Assembly: GCA_026023565.1 (NCBI GenBank)
Contig: JAPETS010000062.1
Span: forward strand, 1 to 64,000
DNA: 64,000 nucleotides
Direction: 5' to 3'
DNA from: Cirrosporium novae-zelandiae
Taxonomy: Eukaryota
In this document: in pieces, positions 51,094 through 62,653 of the stretch
Layout: each line of letters starts with the position of its first letter
Position numbering within the stretch: position 1 is the first letter of the stretch
Position numbers and translations under genes: made by a program
The notes under the pieces: generated by a model
Seen by the model: only the letters and a program-made list of their open reading frames with translations
Told to the model about the DNA's origin: nothing
The model's database searches: none

Positions 51094-52977
51094 ATCGTCA
51101 TGAGGTTTTGAAAAATTTAGAAGCCAAAAAGAACGTTTCCCTACAACGCATAAACTGCAGTGTGCCCACAATTGGATCTGAGAGCACACTTATAGAAAAG
51201 AGCTTCACATTAATTATCAACAGAAACCCCTGCTAAGAGACTGAAGAATAGTGGCTGAAGGTGGGCCACGGAAGCGTATCCCTGGCAAGAAACAAACGCA
51301 TCAGCATATGGCTTCATGATATGCGGTTAAACATCAGAGCCAAGCTTCTCCGCGTGTCGTTCTCGTATAGTAACGACCACTGGCCTACTTCGCAAACCAT
51401 GGTTTACAAAATCGGCGTCCACGTACAATGATTCGCATGATAACTACAGACGGTTGGAACAAGCTATACCAAGCTTACACCTTCTGATAAGTCCAGGGTC
51501 CAGACTGAGTTCGCGCGATGACCAAATAGAAAACACAAAAGAAAAGTATAATGCCGGATGAACACGGCTTTATCTATCATTGGTTATCGAAGACGCGATA
51601 TCAAGTTCTGGGTGGGAATATCCATGTGGACAACGTGGGTGACTCTTCCAAGGAGCTTCCCCTTCTCAAACTTTCCGGCTCCCCAGACGAGACTAAACTG
51701 TCCCCAGAATCCATTAGACGATGTCAACCTTTCATGTTCATAAGCTTCCGATTCGTGCCAAGGGCAGTCTCTTTTGATAGCGATGCAGATTGTGAATGAA
51801 ATAATCTAATAAAGTTACGAGCTGCGAGATCAGGCCATCCTCCACAGGAAGTGGCGCAAACTTCTCAACTGTGCTGAAGTTTAAACTTGTCCTGCTGAGG
51901 GGAGACGAGAATGTTGATGCTAGAAGCCCCTACCCGTCCATATCCTTTGTTAGAGTTAACTGTACAGTCGATTATTGGTGGGCGGATCTTGACAGATATT
52001 TTGAAATCCAACATAACAGGAACAAAAGATATAGCATAAAAGGAGAATCAAGATAGTGCGAACACACTTCAATCCCTAGACTTTGGATAAATTGATGGGA
52101 AGCCGAACCTTGCGACGACGACTATCTTCCCCGAACTCCACCCGGGAAGCGGAAGGGTTCGAATAGTTCTGAACCTTATTTGGACTTAACCGGTTCAAGG
52201 CATGTAAAGAGTTCAACAGTAGTCTGCGAACAAAGCTCCTGGTCATTGGTCACTGACAAGCCAAAACTCCAAAAACTTCAGAAGCTGTCAAACGTAATGA
52301 CAGTTTAACTTGTTATACTTTCTTAGAACCCGGAGATTGAAGCAAAATCAGAGCTAAGAGTCAAAGCAATGCCAAGCAGACAAACTTTCAGCGCATTTCC
52401 CTAAATAGGCAACTCTTGGTATCTCCTTTGAATAGGGAAGATTCAGTCTCCAAGCATTCTTGGAGTGTTCCGTGTTTTTAAGTTGAAGATGACGGAGAGC
52501 GGATGGTAGATAGCTGATATTGCTACTATGCTAAGGTGAAATGTAGATGGATAATAAATTGGAGAAGCGCAAGGCCAGTGATATGTAGGACATGTTTGAT
52601 CTGTTTGATCTGTTTGAGCTGTTTGAGCTGTTTGAGCTGTTTGGCTTGATAACGTGCCACTACTCGCTTATTTGTACAGTACCGTATCCACACTAACTTG
52701 AAACAGTCGAATATCTCCTTTTCTCCCCGTTTATTCCCGCCATCAAAGATATCATCAGCTTCAATTATACCAATCCAGCTCCCCCGTTTGCACATGCTGT
52801 TCCTTGAGACCCATCTAGAACCATTTTCACACAAAAATACTCTAACTTGACCGCCCATGTCTTCAAGAAGCTTTACATACAAGCCTTGGACGCCTCATAG
52901 GCTGTGTGAATCTTCCAACCTTCACCCCTATATATAAGCTTTTTTTCCAACCATCAGATAAGCCTTCAATTGAGAAA

Positions 52978-53425
52978 CTAACTTTGTCTTGCAGCTACAC
53001 TGCCAATGTTCATAGCCTTTCCCCCTCTTCTTAGATATGGTAGGCATGCATTCATGAGAAATATGAGAAACCAAATATTGGTTTCGAGCACCTTATCAAA
53101 ATGCTCGGAGGTTGCATCTTTTACCCACATCTCATTCCCAGCTCCTACATTATTTAACAGGATCCTGATTCGTCCATCAAATGCTCTCACCGCAGCATCC
53201 ACCACCTGTTCGAGTGATTCTTCGTCTCTCCAATCTGCTTGGATGGCTACCACCCTACCGCCGGCGGATATAATAGAGGTAGCAACCCCTAATGCGGGTG
53301 ACATGGATGATTAACACTGCCGCTTCTCGAGCTGCAAGGACGCAGCCAATATCTTTTCCAATGCCACAGGGGTCCCACCCAGCACAATTCCAGGTTTACC
53401 AGTGAGGCATGGTTAAGTCATCAAT
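52978..53425 (-). pseudogene. Short-chain dehydrogenase/reductase pseudogene (N-terminal half only)
   Basis: LTGK...G..GIGK motif split by frameshifts, then GGRVVAIQAD...FDGRIRILLNNVG...NIGSVAAR* with no YxxxK segment visible. Confidence 0.75.
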
Positions 53426-54495
53426 GTATATAATACAACAGAATACTTGAAAGAATTCTATGAAAAGGGTGGCTTATTCCCGTGAATCAATTGTTATCAA
53501 ACACCCACCAAAATTGACGATGCATGATAACTATTATAATCCTTCTATTAAAATATGTCACAAACAAAAAAGCAGCATACGATAAGAAATCCTGGAAGTC
53601 AACTATATACACCACCTATTTATTAACTAATAACGGTCAGACATGCATATCCGTTTAGCCTAAACAAGCATCATCATCATGCATGATTTTTAAAATACAC
53701 ACCTCAGCCTCTGGACCATTCTCAATTCACTTCCCCGCATTATTTATTTCGGTATATGTATTTCGGAAATGCCAAGCTAGTGCTGCCAATACATACAGGG
53801 CTATTTGTAAACTAAAGAAACTAAACCGAGGTTTTGGGTCCCGCCCTTTGGTGTCAGCTCAAAGTCCTCTATCCTCGGGATAACCCTGAACCGAGTAATT
53901 GTTTACGCTGCAGGCGTACATACCTACGTACGTGCATGCATACATACCGGCAGCTAAGGTGGTGGCTGCATAGCTCTCCTTTATCTAATCTAGTTAAGAC
54001 ACCTTACACGTAAGTAGGGAGGGGGAATTTATAACAATTGTGCGACGTTTCATGGGCAAGATTGATTCAACCTTCTTCTTTTGTTCTACATAAGAGGGGT
54101 TGTATACGTTGAACAATAAGCTCGAGGGTTCAGTATCTATGTAGCCATGTGTCCATGTCATGAATTAATTGTTGTTATGGCTATTGGAGGGAAACCTTCC
54201 AGGTAATCTATCTACTGCATAAGTGGGTACGGGGCACACTATGGGTAGGGAATAGGAGGGTATCATTTGAGACTTCGTAAACGAGACATGTCAGTATTTA
54301 TTAGTTTTCATTTTTATCTAGACATACTAGGATACTATCTAGGAGTGGTGATAGCCCATGAGAGACCTGCTCCCAACACACTTGGAGGGCTTCGAGATTT
54401 GTAATCGAGTCTTGTACCCAATTACAGATATTGCAGGGCAAACTAGAGCATGCAATGGGTGAGATTTCCCATACCTTAACATGGTTGGTCCACTG

Positions 54496-56859
54496 TCATG
54501 CTGTTGGATGCTTGCGAATATCAAAGCGCGTGCCTCCCTCAGCTCTGAGACCCCCCTTTTCTATCTTCCCAGTCGGGGTTTTCTTAAGTCTATCCACAAA
54601 TTCAATCACACAGGGAACCTGAAATCTTGCCATGTTTTCCACAGTCCAGTTCCATAGCGCCTGCTCATCAAACCCGCGCGAGCGTGCCTCCGGCCGTGCA
54701 ACTACAGCTACCTTGATGTCATCCTCAATACCATCTTCCTGCTCCCTAATACCTTCACCGCCTAGTTTTGCTGGAATGGCAAAGGCAGCCGAACAGATGA
54801 TGTCGGGGTTCCGAAGCAACTCCTCTTCAACTTCAAACGCGCTGATGTTTTCACCACGACGACGGATCATGTCTTTTGTACGGCCGAGAAAGAAGAAGTT
54901 CCCGGCGGCATCGACGCGTGCCAAATCTCCCGTATGAAACCAGGTATGCCTGAAAGCATCGGCGGTCGCCTGGGGATTGTTGAAGTATCCTGAAAATATT
55001 GAGTATGGTTGTTCGGTTCGCACAAGGAGATTCCCGATGGTTCCAGTGGGAACAGCCTCCCCATGATCATCGGCAATCCGGATGCTGTAACCATCTACAA
55101 CTGTGCCGCAGGATCCAGGAATACGCGGTCCTCGTTGAGTGATGGGTAAACTCGCTTCAACACTTCCATAAAGCTCATATATAGGGTGGCCAAATCTTTC
55201 TTCATATTGTTTTGCCCAGCTTGGGACAGGGACACCCCATGCAAGGCGCACGTTGTGGTCACGGTCACGGGGACTTGGCTCATTTTTGTACGTGAGAGCC
55301 AATGTTGCCCCCATAAAGTCATATACAGTTGCTCCTGAGGAACGAATCTCATCCCAGAACCGGCTTCTACTGAAACGGACTGAAAGTGCTGCGGTGGCGC
55401 CGAGAAGGAGGGCAGGTACTGTGGTGAGAGCAGTAGCATCAGCATGGAAGAGGGGAAATGGACAGTAAAGAACATCCGAGCTGACGATACTGTAGCTGTT
55501 GATTAGTATTGAAGCTTGCAGTATGAAATATTGATGAGAGAGGATACAAGGTTTCGAGCGACCTGTTGTTCCTGACGTGTATAAAAATGCTGACACCGTA
55601 GATGGTAGCACACGAGCTGGATCATTAACCGGTTCTACCACGCTGTATAAACACTCCATATATAGATGATCTATCGTGGAAACCTCTGGTTTTCCAGTAA
55701 GGAACACTCGCTCTGGAGGAAATCCGGTGGCAATGAATTCTCCATAAAAGTGTTTATCAACAATAGCAATTTTAGCATCTGCAGCATCCACGACATGCTT
55801 CAATGTTGCCGATTTTAGTTCCGAGTTAATAGGGACCCATGTAGCTGCAAGCCTATTTGTTGCGAACCAGGAGTGCACCATCTCCACACTGTTTTTCATC
55901 ATGACAAGGACACGATCGCCAGTGGTAATACCAGCCTTTTTTAGACCACCAGCAAGTTGAGCAACTGCGGTATCAAACTCTCTATAAGTATAATCTTTAC
56001 CTGTAAAGCGGAGAAAAGTACGAGAAGGGTACTCGCCTACCGCCCGGGCTAGGGCAGAGTTCAAGTCGTTAGTAGGAACTGGAGGGGTAATAGTCTTGGT
56101 TGTTTTTCTTTGGGCGAAGTTTGAGAATGCCTTCTCAGCATCGGTTTGAGCAAAGCAGTGACTCGCAGTGACAACTTCATCTTGGAGTACGGCCTCTGAG
56201 TTAGGAAAGGTTGCTCTCTCTAGAGACATCTTCGACGAAAGTACAGAAGTAGCCGGCATAGCAGCCATTTGAAGAGCTAGTTCCTTTGCACGTCGCTTGG
56301 GATATTCAGCAATCTCCGTAAGAAGGCCAATCTTCAGGCTCTCTTCGGCATCAACCATCCTTCCGCTAAGCAGTAGCTCCTTCGCGCGTAAAAGACCAAC
56401 CATTGAGACAAGACGTTGGGTAATGCCTCCCGTTGCTGCGTGCCCAAGAGGTACCTCTGGAAATCGAAACTTCGTGGCAGGCCCACCGATCACGAAATCC
56501 GCTGCGAGAGCAATCTCAGCTCCACCGCCGATAGCATAACCCTGCACGGCTGAGATAACAATTGCGGATGATGAAGCTGTCAGACGAGTCAGATCTTGCA
56601 ATTTTTGCAAGGAATCTCGAAGTTCCTCGGTGGATCCTGTAGCCGGTGCTAGCGTTTCCTTCAGATCCTCTCCCGTGCAAAATGCTCGATCACCAGCACC
56701 TTCCAGGACAATGACTCGAGCATTGGAATTGTTGCGGAGTGCTTCAACCAGATCATTCAGGAGGCTGGTGTTGATAGCATTAAGCGCATGAGGACGGTTC
56801 AGCGTTATCGTGACGGCTGACGAAGAGATCTTTTCGACAAGCACTGATTTGGATGACAT
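54496..56859 (-). CDS. Intronless enoyl-CoA hydratase (crotonase) :: CaiC-like ATP-dependent acyl-CoA ligase fusion
   Basis: N-terminal TLNRPHALNA, AFCTGEDL, GGGAEIALAAD..FPE (both catalytic Glu); C-terminal YTSGTTGRSK, YGSVE, WFHTGD, RRRGENISAFEVE, KTPTGK. The likely start is MSSKSV; the ORF extends 10 codons upstream. Confidence 0.92.
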   Translation of the reverse strand: MSSKSVLVEKISSSAVTITLNRPHALNAINTSLLNDLVEALRNNSNARVIVLEGAGDRAFCTGEDLKETLAPATGSTEELRDSLQKLQDLTRLTASSSAIVISAVQGYAIGGGAEIALAADFVIGGPATKFRFPEVPLGHAATGGITQRLVSMVGLLRAKELLLSGRMVDAEESLKIGLLTEIAEYPKRRAKELALQMAAMPATSVLSSKMSLERATFPNSEAVLQDEVVTASHCFAQTDAEKAFSNFAQRKTTKTITPPVPTNDLNSALARAVGEYPSRTFLRFTGKDYTYREFDTAVAQLAGGLKKAGITTGDRVLVMMKNSVEMVHSWFATNRLAATWVPINSELKSATLKHVVDAADAKIAIVDKHFYGEFIATGFPPERVFLTGKPEVSTIDHLYMECLYSVVEPVNDPARVLPSTVSAFLYTSGTTGRSKPCILSHQYFILQASILINSYSIVSSDVLYCPFPLFHADATALTTVPALLLGATAALSVRFSRSRFWDEIRSSGATVYDFMGATLALTYKNEPSPRDRDHNVRLAWGVPVPSWAKQYEERFGHPIYELYGSVEASLPITQRGPRIPGSCGTVVDGYSIRIADDHGEAVPTGTIGNLLVRTEQPYSIFSGYFNNPQATADAFRHTWFHTGDLARVDAAGNFFFLGRTKDMIRRRGENISAFEVEEELLRNPDIICSAAFAIPAKLGGEGIREQEDGIEDDIKVAVVARPEARSRGFDEQALWNWTVENMARFQVPCVIEFVDRLKKTPTGKIEKGGLRAEGGTRFDIRKHPTA

Positions 56860-57624
56860 TTTGTCGACCAAGGTCATTGGAACATGCATGAGGTGAGATT
56901 GAGTTATCGGATTGATGGCTTAAATAGGATAGTGCTGCAACGAAAAGTGGTGGAAGTCCCCTGGAAGATTTCTGGAAGAGATTTTGTTCGCAGTGAATGT
57001 TGAACAGATCAGTTATGCCCTGTCAAAAGGCCAATGCTGAGGAGAAGAGAAGTTGCATGGCGAAGAAAAAGGAAATGGATGAATCTCCTGGCATTTTATA
57101 TTCCAAATGTCTGGTCAATCCGACGTGTGGAGATTTCGCCTTGCCGCCAGAGGACATGTCAGCGAATATCAAGGGAGAAGAGAGAAAAGTAAGAACAAAA
57201 CAGAATACAATGGTAAAAGAACCCAGGAATCCAGCGAATGAAAGTCGAGATGCAAAGGCAAGTTGCAGTTCTAAGCCAGCCACCAAAAGGAAAGTTGAAG
57301 AGAATCAGTGGATCCTCAGATCGTGTTTGTTTTACAAACAAGAAATCTAGTTGTACCTGGTAGATGTTGAGGCCGTGTCATTTACCAAAGAACGGTGTTG
57401 GAATAATATTTAGTTTCCCTCATCTGTCAACTCATAGCGAGCCGAGTTTTAATTACCGGTTTGCCAGTGCAAGTAATTACCAGCCCGAAATCCCAGGAAT
57501 GTCTGCCTTGCTTACTAGGCTAAAAATACTATAAATATCTTGCACAGGTTCCAAGAGCCGCTCAACTGTCACATTGCTACCAATCTGCGCGTTTCCTAGA
57601 CTTCCATACAGACCCCAGATCACC

Positions 57625-58191
57625 ATGTCTAACAATTCCACCTCCATCGTCGTCGATCCGGAGACGGAGTTAACCCGTCACGCTTATGCCCATCCAATCG
57701 TCAAACAGCTACCCCCAACTCTTGCAGAATCTAGATTTGTCCTGCGTATGGACCCTGTCGATGCACCATTCAACTTGACCATCACAACCCTTGCGGGGCC
57801 AAACAAGATTTCCGTACCACCCTATGTCTTTATTGACAACACCAGAGGAACATTAATCGCATTCTATCATCTCGGCTCCCAACTTTCCGGCCATGCTGGT
57901 ATACTCCATGGTGGCGTAGCAGCCGCGCTATTAGACGAGTGCATGGGCCGCGCCTGTTTCCCATTCCTGCCTCACCAAATTGGAGTAACGGCAAACTTGG
58001 AAATCTCTTTTCGCGCACCCATCATGCTGGAAAGCATCGTCGTCATCAGAGCAGAGACCGAGAGATGGGAAGGAAGGAAAGTCTGGGTTAAGGGATGGAT
58101 AGAGAGTCCTGATTCCACCACAGTCTTTGTCGAGGCAAAAGCCGTCTTCATTGAGCCCAGAGGGGCGGAGAAGATGAGTAAAGTGATGTGA
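57625..58191 (+). CDS. PaaI-type hotdog-fold acyl-CoA thioesterase
   Basis: HLGSQLSGHAGILHGGVAAALLDECMG, GVTANLEISFRAP, EGRKVWV, EAKAVFIEP; TATA-like element near 57530. Confidence 0.9.
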   Translation: MSNNSTSIVVDPETELTRHAYAHPIVKQLPPTLAESRFVLRMDPVDAPFNLTITTLAGPNKISVPPYVFIDNTRGTLIAFYHLGSQLSGHAGILHGGVAAALLDECMGRACFPFLPHQIGVTANLEISFRAPIMLESIVVIRAETERWEGRKVWVKGWIESPDSTTVFVEAKAVFIEPRGAEKMSKVM

Positions 58192-58316
58192 GCCGTTCAT
58201 GTAGGATCAAGTTCCAACCATCAAGTGAGCGACCAAGTGTAATTATAACCAAAATTTTCCTGAGCTGTCGTGTCGGCCACCAGCTTCTAGAGGACATGTG
58301 GAATTGGAGGTCCTTT

Positions 58317-60240
58317 CTAAACGAGAAGAACGTCTATATCAAGATCGCGCATGACGGCCCTCCAATCCACAGCAACATCTCCTAGAAATTTACCAGTTGC
58401 TGCTGCGATTGCTTCTCGCGTGTTCCAGACGCTCTCAATGACTCTCTGAGCTTGAAATCTATTTCCCATCCCCAGATTGGTGGCAGCATTCATCCAATTC
58501 TTGGCTGCCTGCAGGTCCTGGCCTTCGTAAACCTCTACGGCGGCTATGAAAGCTGGCCAGAGGCTCAAATTCCCACCAGCCATTTGGAGGAATTGGGTCA
58601 CATTCTGAAATACGTCATGAACATAAGACCGGATTTTAGCCGGCGGGAAATCCAGCAGAGTTCGGTAAAGGTATATGTATGCTGCCGCTATAAACGCACG
58701 CAAATGGCATTGTACTATAATTTCTCGATCCGATAGCATGTCCGCTGATTGTGAGGCTCGGGGTGAGCTACCTAATGTTGCTTCTGCCTCTTCAGAGACT
58801 AGCAACTGACACTGGCTTAGTTGCTCGAAAAGGTTCACCACCCTATTATCAGTAATTTGCAATGTCTGGCCGACTCGAAGTCCCTTGGCCAGTCCTTTAA
58901 TTTCTGAAATACAGGCCATGAGAGATTTCGTGGCTCCAATGGTGAAACCGAATATCGAGGAAGAGGATACGGAAGTAAGCAGCTCATCTTCAATCGGGTC
59001 ATCTATTCCACCAATCTCCAAAGTAGACATGCTCTGCTCTAGCTGCGAAGTTTCGCTTACGATCTTGATCAAACAAAGACTTTGCGTTGAAGCGTAAGCG
59101 AATTCAGAAACCCACCAGGGTTGTGGTTGTTTTTTACTCTGAGCTCGAAAAAGCTCCCAAGCACCTTTGAAATGAGTCCGCCATTGCTTGGAGTCGCCAC
59201 TGTAAACCTGTAGGGCTCGATTAGTGCGCGAAGCAGGAGGTATTCTGATGTCAAGTACCTACTTCGATGAACATTAGCGTCATTATTGCAGCCAGAAGAC
59301 CCCCATAATCTTCCGGGTTATCAGATAATACGGCTCGAATCTGCTTTATGGCTGCAGTGTAATATTTCCTTCCCAGTTCCATCATTCTTTCGGTGTCGCA
59401 GCCCATGTAAGCCAAAGTCAGTGCAGACTGGGCGAGCATAGCCCTACACAGCGATTTTTGTTCTTGGGATGCGTAATACAAAGCGACTTGCGGGTATGAT
59501 GACTTCCATGGGTTTCTGTGATCCTCAAAAGGCATCATGATTGACCCAACATGATGGAGATAATGGTTGAACAGGAACGCCTCTTCCTGGCCTAGTTGGC
59601 CGCCGTAGGTGGTAGGCGTTTGCAGCAGCCTGGCGCCAGTCCATTCTGGAAGACGGGCGAAGGAGATGTTGTTGATGGAAAAGACGTTGAAAGGATTGTA
59701 GAGTTTAGCAAGTGATTCGGAGTGAGTTTCCTCGTTGTCTTGATTATCGTCACATTGGGCTATTAAAGTATCTAAGGCGTCGGAATTGAGAACAGGGAGA
59801 TCCTTCCAAGTTAAATCACAAGGCAGAAAGCGGCGAGCGTTAGGTTTGTATGTTCTATTATCTGAGGTGACCCAGACCAGCTGGATATCGTAACCAGCGC
59901 ATGGGCTTCCTATATTCCGGCAGGGCGTACATTCAGGTGTCTTTTCGTCACACTAGATCGGGGGGGTTAGCCAGGAGGTACAGGTTTTTGGGTAGCTTTT
60001 ACGAAGCTTTGATGGGGGTGAGATTGTAAAGTCAGATGTGGAGCCTCACCTTCACTTTTCTTGATCTACAGGTCCAGCAACCCTGAAATAATATAATATG
60101 ATTGCGTCAGAGAATCAGATCAAGAATGATAGCAAACATAAAATGATATGATCAGGCTGGAGAGTTGATGGACTACAAACCGTAAATGTCTTGTTCCGCT
60201 GGGGGCGAACAGGACGCCTGGGGGGTTTAGGGAAGTCCAT
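58317..60240 (-). CDS. Zn(II)2Cys6 transcription factor with fungal-specific C-terminal domain
   Basis: MDFP...KTFT|GCWTCRSRKVK|CDEKTPECTPCRNIGSPC; frame manually verified open 59952-59539; FNHYLHHV, NPWK, WRTHFKGA, LWPAFIAAVE, GMGNR. Confidence 0.9.
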
Positions 60241-61132
60241 GGCGACCAGAGCAAAGGGGATAGGCTGTGTGAAACCTTATGATTTGAGAGAGTATTTTTG
60301 CTTAGAGGAGTTTGATTCTTTATTCAAAAAGGAAGGATTATGATTATTCAGTCCTGGATTCTTCAAGAGAAGTAGTTGACAAATATGGACTATCTGGAAG
60401 AGAGATGGGTACAGCTGTATAGAACATTGTAGCAGTTAGTGGAATCGAGAAATCGAGAAATCGAGGAATCTAGGAATTGAGGCTTTTGGATGGATTGTAG
60501 GACCATCATTTCTATTTTCTGTTAGAAATGCCATCTTGATCCATCTTGATTCATCTTGATTCTTGATAGCATCTCTTATTATCCATAGCTATCGAGACAC
60601 TTCAAACACGTCTGTTCACAATATTACTCGGCAGCTTTGATCACATACCCCGCCCGAGAGACTAACAAGCCAAGTCTGCCAAGAAGCCAAGAAGCCAAGA
60701 ACTTTTAGTACGTTTTAGCGTCCGTCTATCGCTGTCAACTTCCTTTTATCTTTTTCGGTTACCCAACCTAGGCACAGTACCGACACCCTCGGTGCAGTTC
60801 TTCTGATTATTAAACCATCACCAATTCTCTCCCATATCAACTGTCAACTATCAACAGTAATCAATCCTTCATTTACCAACTAACCCAACTGATATACTGC
60901 TCCTTCCTTTATCCCACTATCTATAATTCTTTTCTTTCCTTTTCTATCATCCAGATGCATCGAAGTAGCCTGTCGTACCAGGGCTAAATCTGATGTATGA
61001 CGGACGGCGTCAGGTTCCTACCGTCAAGTCGGAACTAAATTGTCTTGCTTTACGCCTTATTCATTTGATACCCTTGATTTCAAATGTTCTGGCAGACTTC
61101 CCATCTGTATATGTATAATACAATAATTTAAG

Positions 61133-61934
61133 ATGGTGACTTTTTGTCCCGTTTTCTTTTTCCTCATCAAATATCCCTACAGCTTACTGACACCATTAGC
61201 AGCCACTAAATCTCTTACAGATTTCAGACTTCTCTTCTTTGATTGCTTCAGCGCCTCAATCGATTGGGAAGGTGACATCCACCTTGCATTGTCCTCTTTG
61301 CCCTCCCGGCTACCTCTGTCCCATCCTCTAGATAACACTCAAATTGAATCTGCCCTTCAAGGGAATCAGCCTCATTTCACATACATTTCCTTGTTAGCGG
61401 CTGTCTATGCCTCCTTTGTTATCGAACTTGGCCTCTCGGATGTTGACGATGCGGAAAAGCGACCTTGGATGCAAGCATTGGTAATTGGCCATCATCTAAG
61501 GATACAGTTGAAGCATTACAGCAGCTGAAACAACATGATGAATTGGTTATTCTGTGAAACGTTAATCAGAGTTCTTTTGGTAATAATAATTTGTCGGGGT
61601 TATTGAATAGGGTGGAACTCGATATCATATACACTGCGCCATATATAGGCTTCCACAAGCCTAGCCTTGGGAACTTTGAATAATTAGTGACACGTTTGAG
61701 GGGCAAATGTGGTGTGCAAAAGAATATTCTACATACGACCCAGAGCCTATTCTATAATTATGTCCTTGTAAAAGAGATTGGATTGCAAACATATGGATTG
61801 AAAGAGATGAAATGGTGGAAAGTATCATAGGCGACAAACTGGAAGATTTTAAGGACAATGTAACATTCAACTGGAGATTTCGGTCATTGGGTGAAATGGT
61901 CAACATAGTAGAGGCATTTTCAGCGACGAGATAG
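61133..61934 (+). pseudogene. HAD-superfamily (type II haloacid dehalogenase-like) pseudogene
   Basis: LTDFRLLFFDCFSASIDWE (eroded FDxYGTLIDWE), frameshift to GNWP..DTVEALQQLK, in-frame stops (VIL*NV; NFE*), YTAPYIGFHKP, C-terminal WRFRSLGEM. Confidence 0.8.
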
Positions 61935-62653
61935 ATCAGTTTACCATGATATTATGCTCTTTGGATTGCAGCCCTTACTTTTTGACCATTACTTTGGATG
62001 ACACCTCCACAGTTCCAAGTTCGATATGAAACCCAAACATTCAACACCCTCTCGCCCTAGGGATATCAATTTCAGATCCTTGAATCCCTTTACCAAATAC
62101 TTGGCCCCACGCCACCCCTCTCATCGCTCCTTCGATAGTACACTTGCATTATTCTACGGCACTTGGAGGATGCCATTGAACAGTCGTCATATTTTTGAGG
62201 AACTGTTCGAATGCGCTTTGTTGAGATATGGATGTTTGGTCATCTAAGCGAGAACGAACAGAACCGACAACGAATCTCTCGTGTAAGTTTCGGGCATTGA
62301 TGATGAAGGACTAAATTTAATAGCAACTTCAAATCAAACAACAGACCCGTCACTTGGTCCAACAATATCTTATAAGTTATCTCCAAGCAAACGAATAACT
62401 AACCAGGCGTTGTGTATATGACGCTTACCGAAGTGATAGGTTTCAATCCCATCGTCAAGTGTTTGATTATCAGGATAGGTCCTACCTTATGTACAGAGGC
62501 AGGCAAGCTGAAACGCCTGATATTCACAGCGGCATCTGGAAACGATCAACCAACCGTCCAAGATTAATGAATTCTCGTTGTATAAACATCGTTCCTAGAT
62601 CTTTCACCAGAACTGCTTTCACTCAAATCTCCAAATTTGTGTCGTCGTTATCA

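Noticed and set aside
52080..52200. GGTTCGAAT B-box-like motif
   Set aside because: No T-stem complement, acceptor stem or A box; not a tRNA.
51200..52900. Short ORFs between the PTH11-like gene and the SDR relic
   Set aside because: No family signature; one contains a 9-bp microsatellite (KQL/KQI repeat). Could be eroded gene debris but unsupported.
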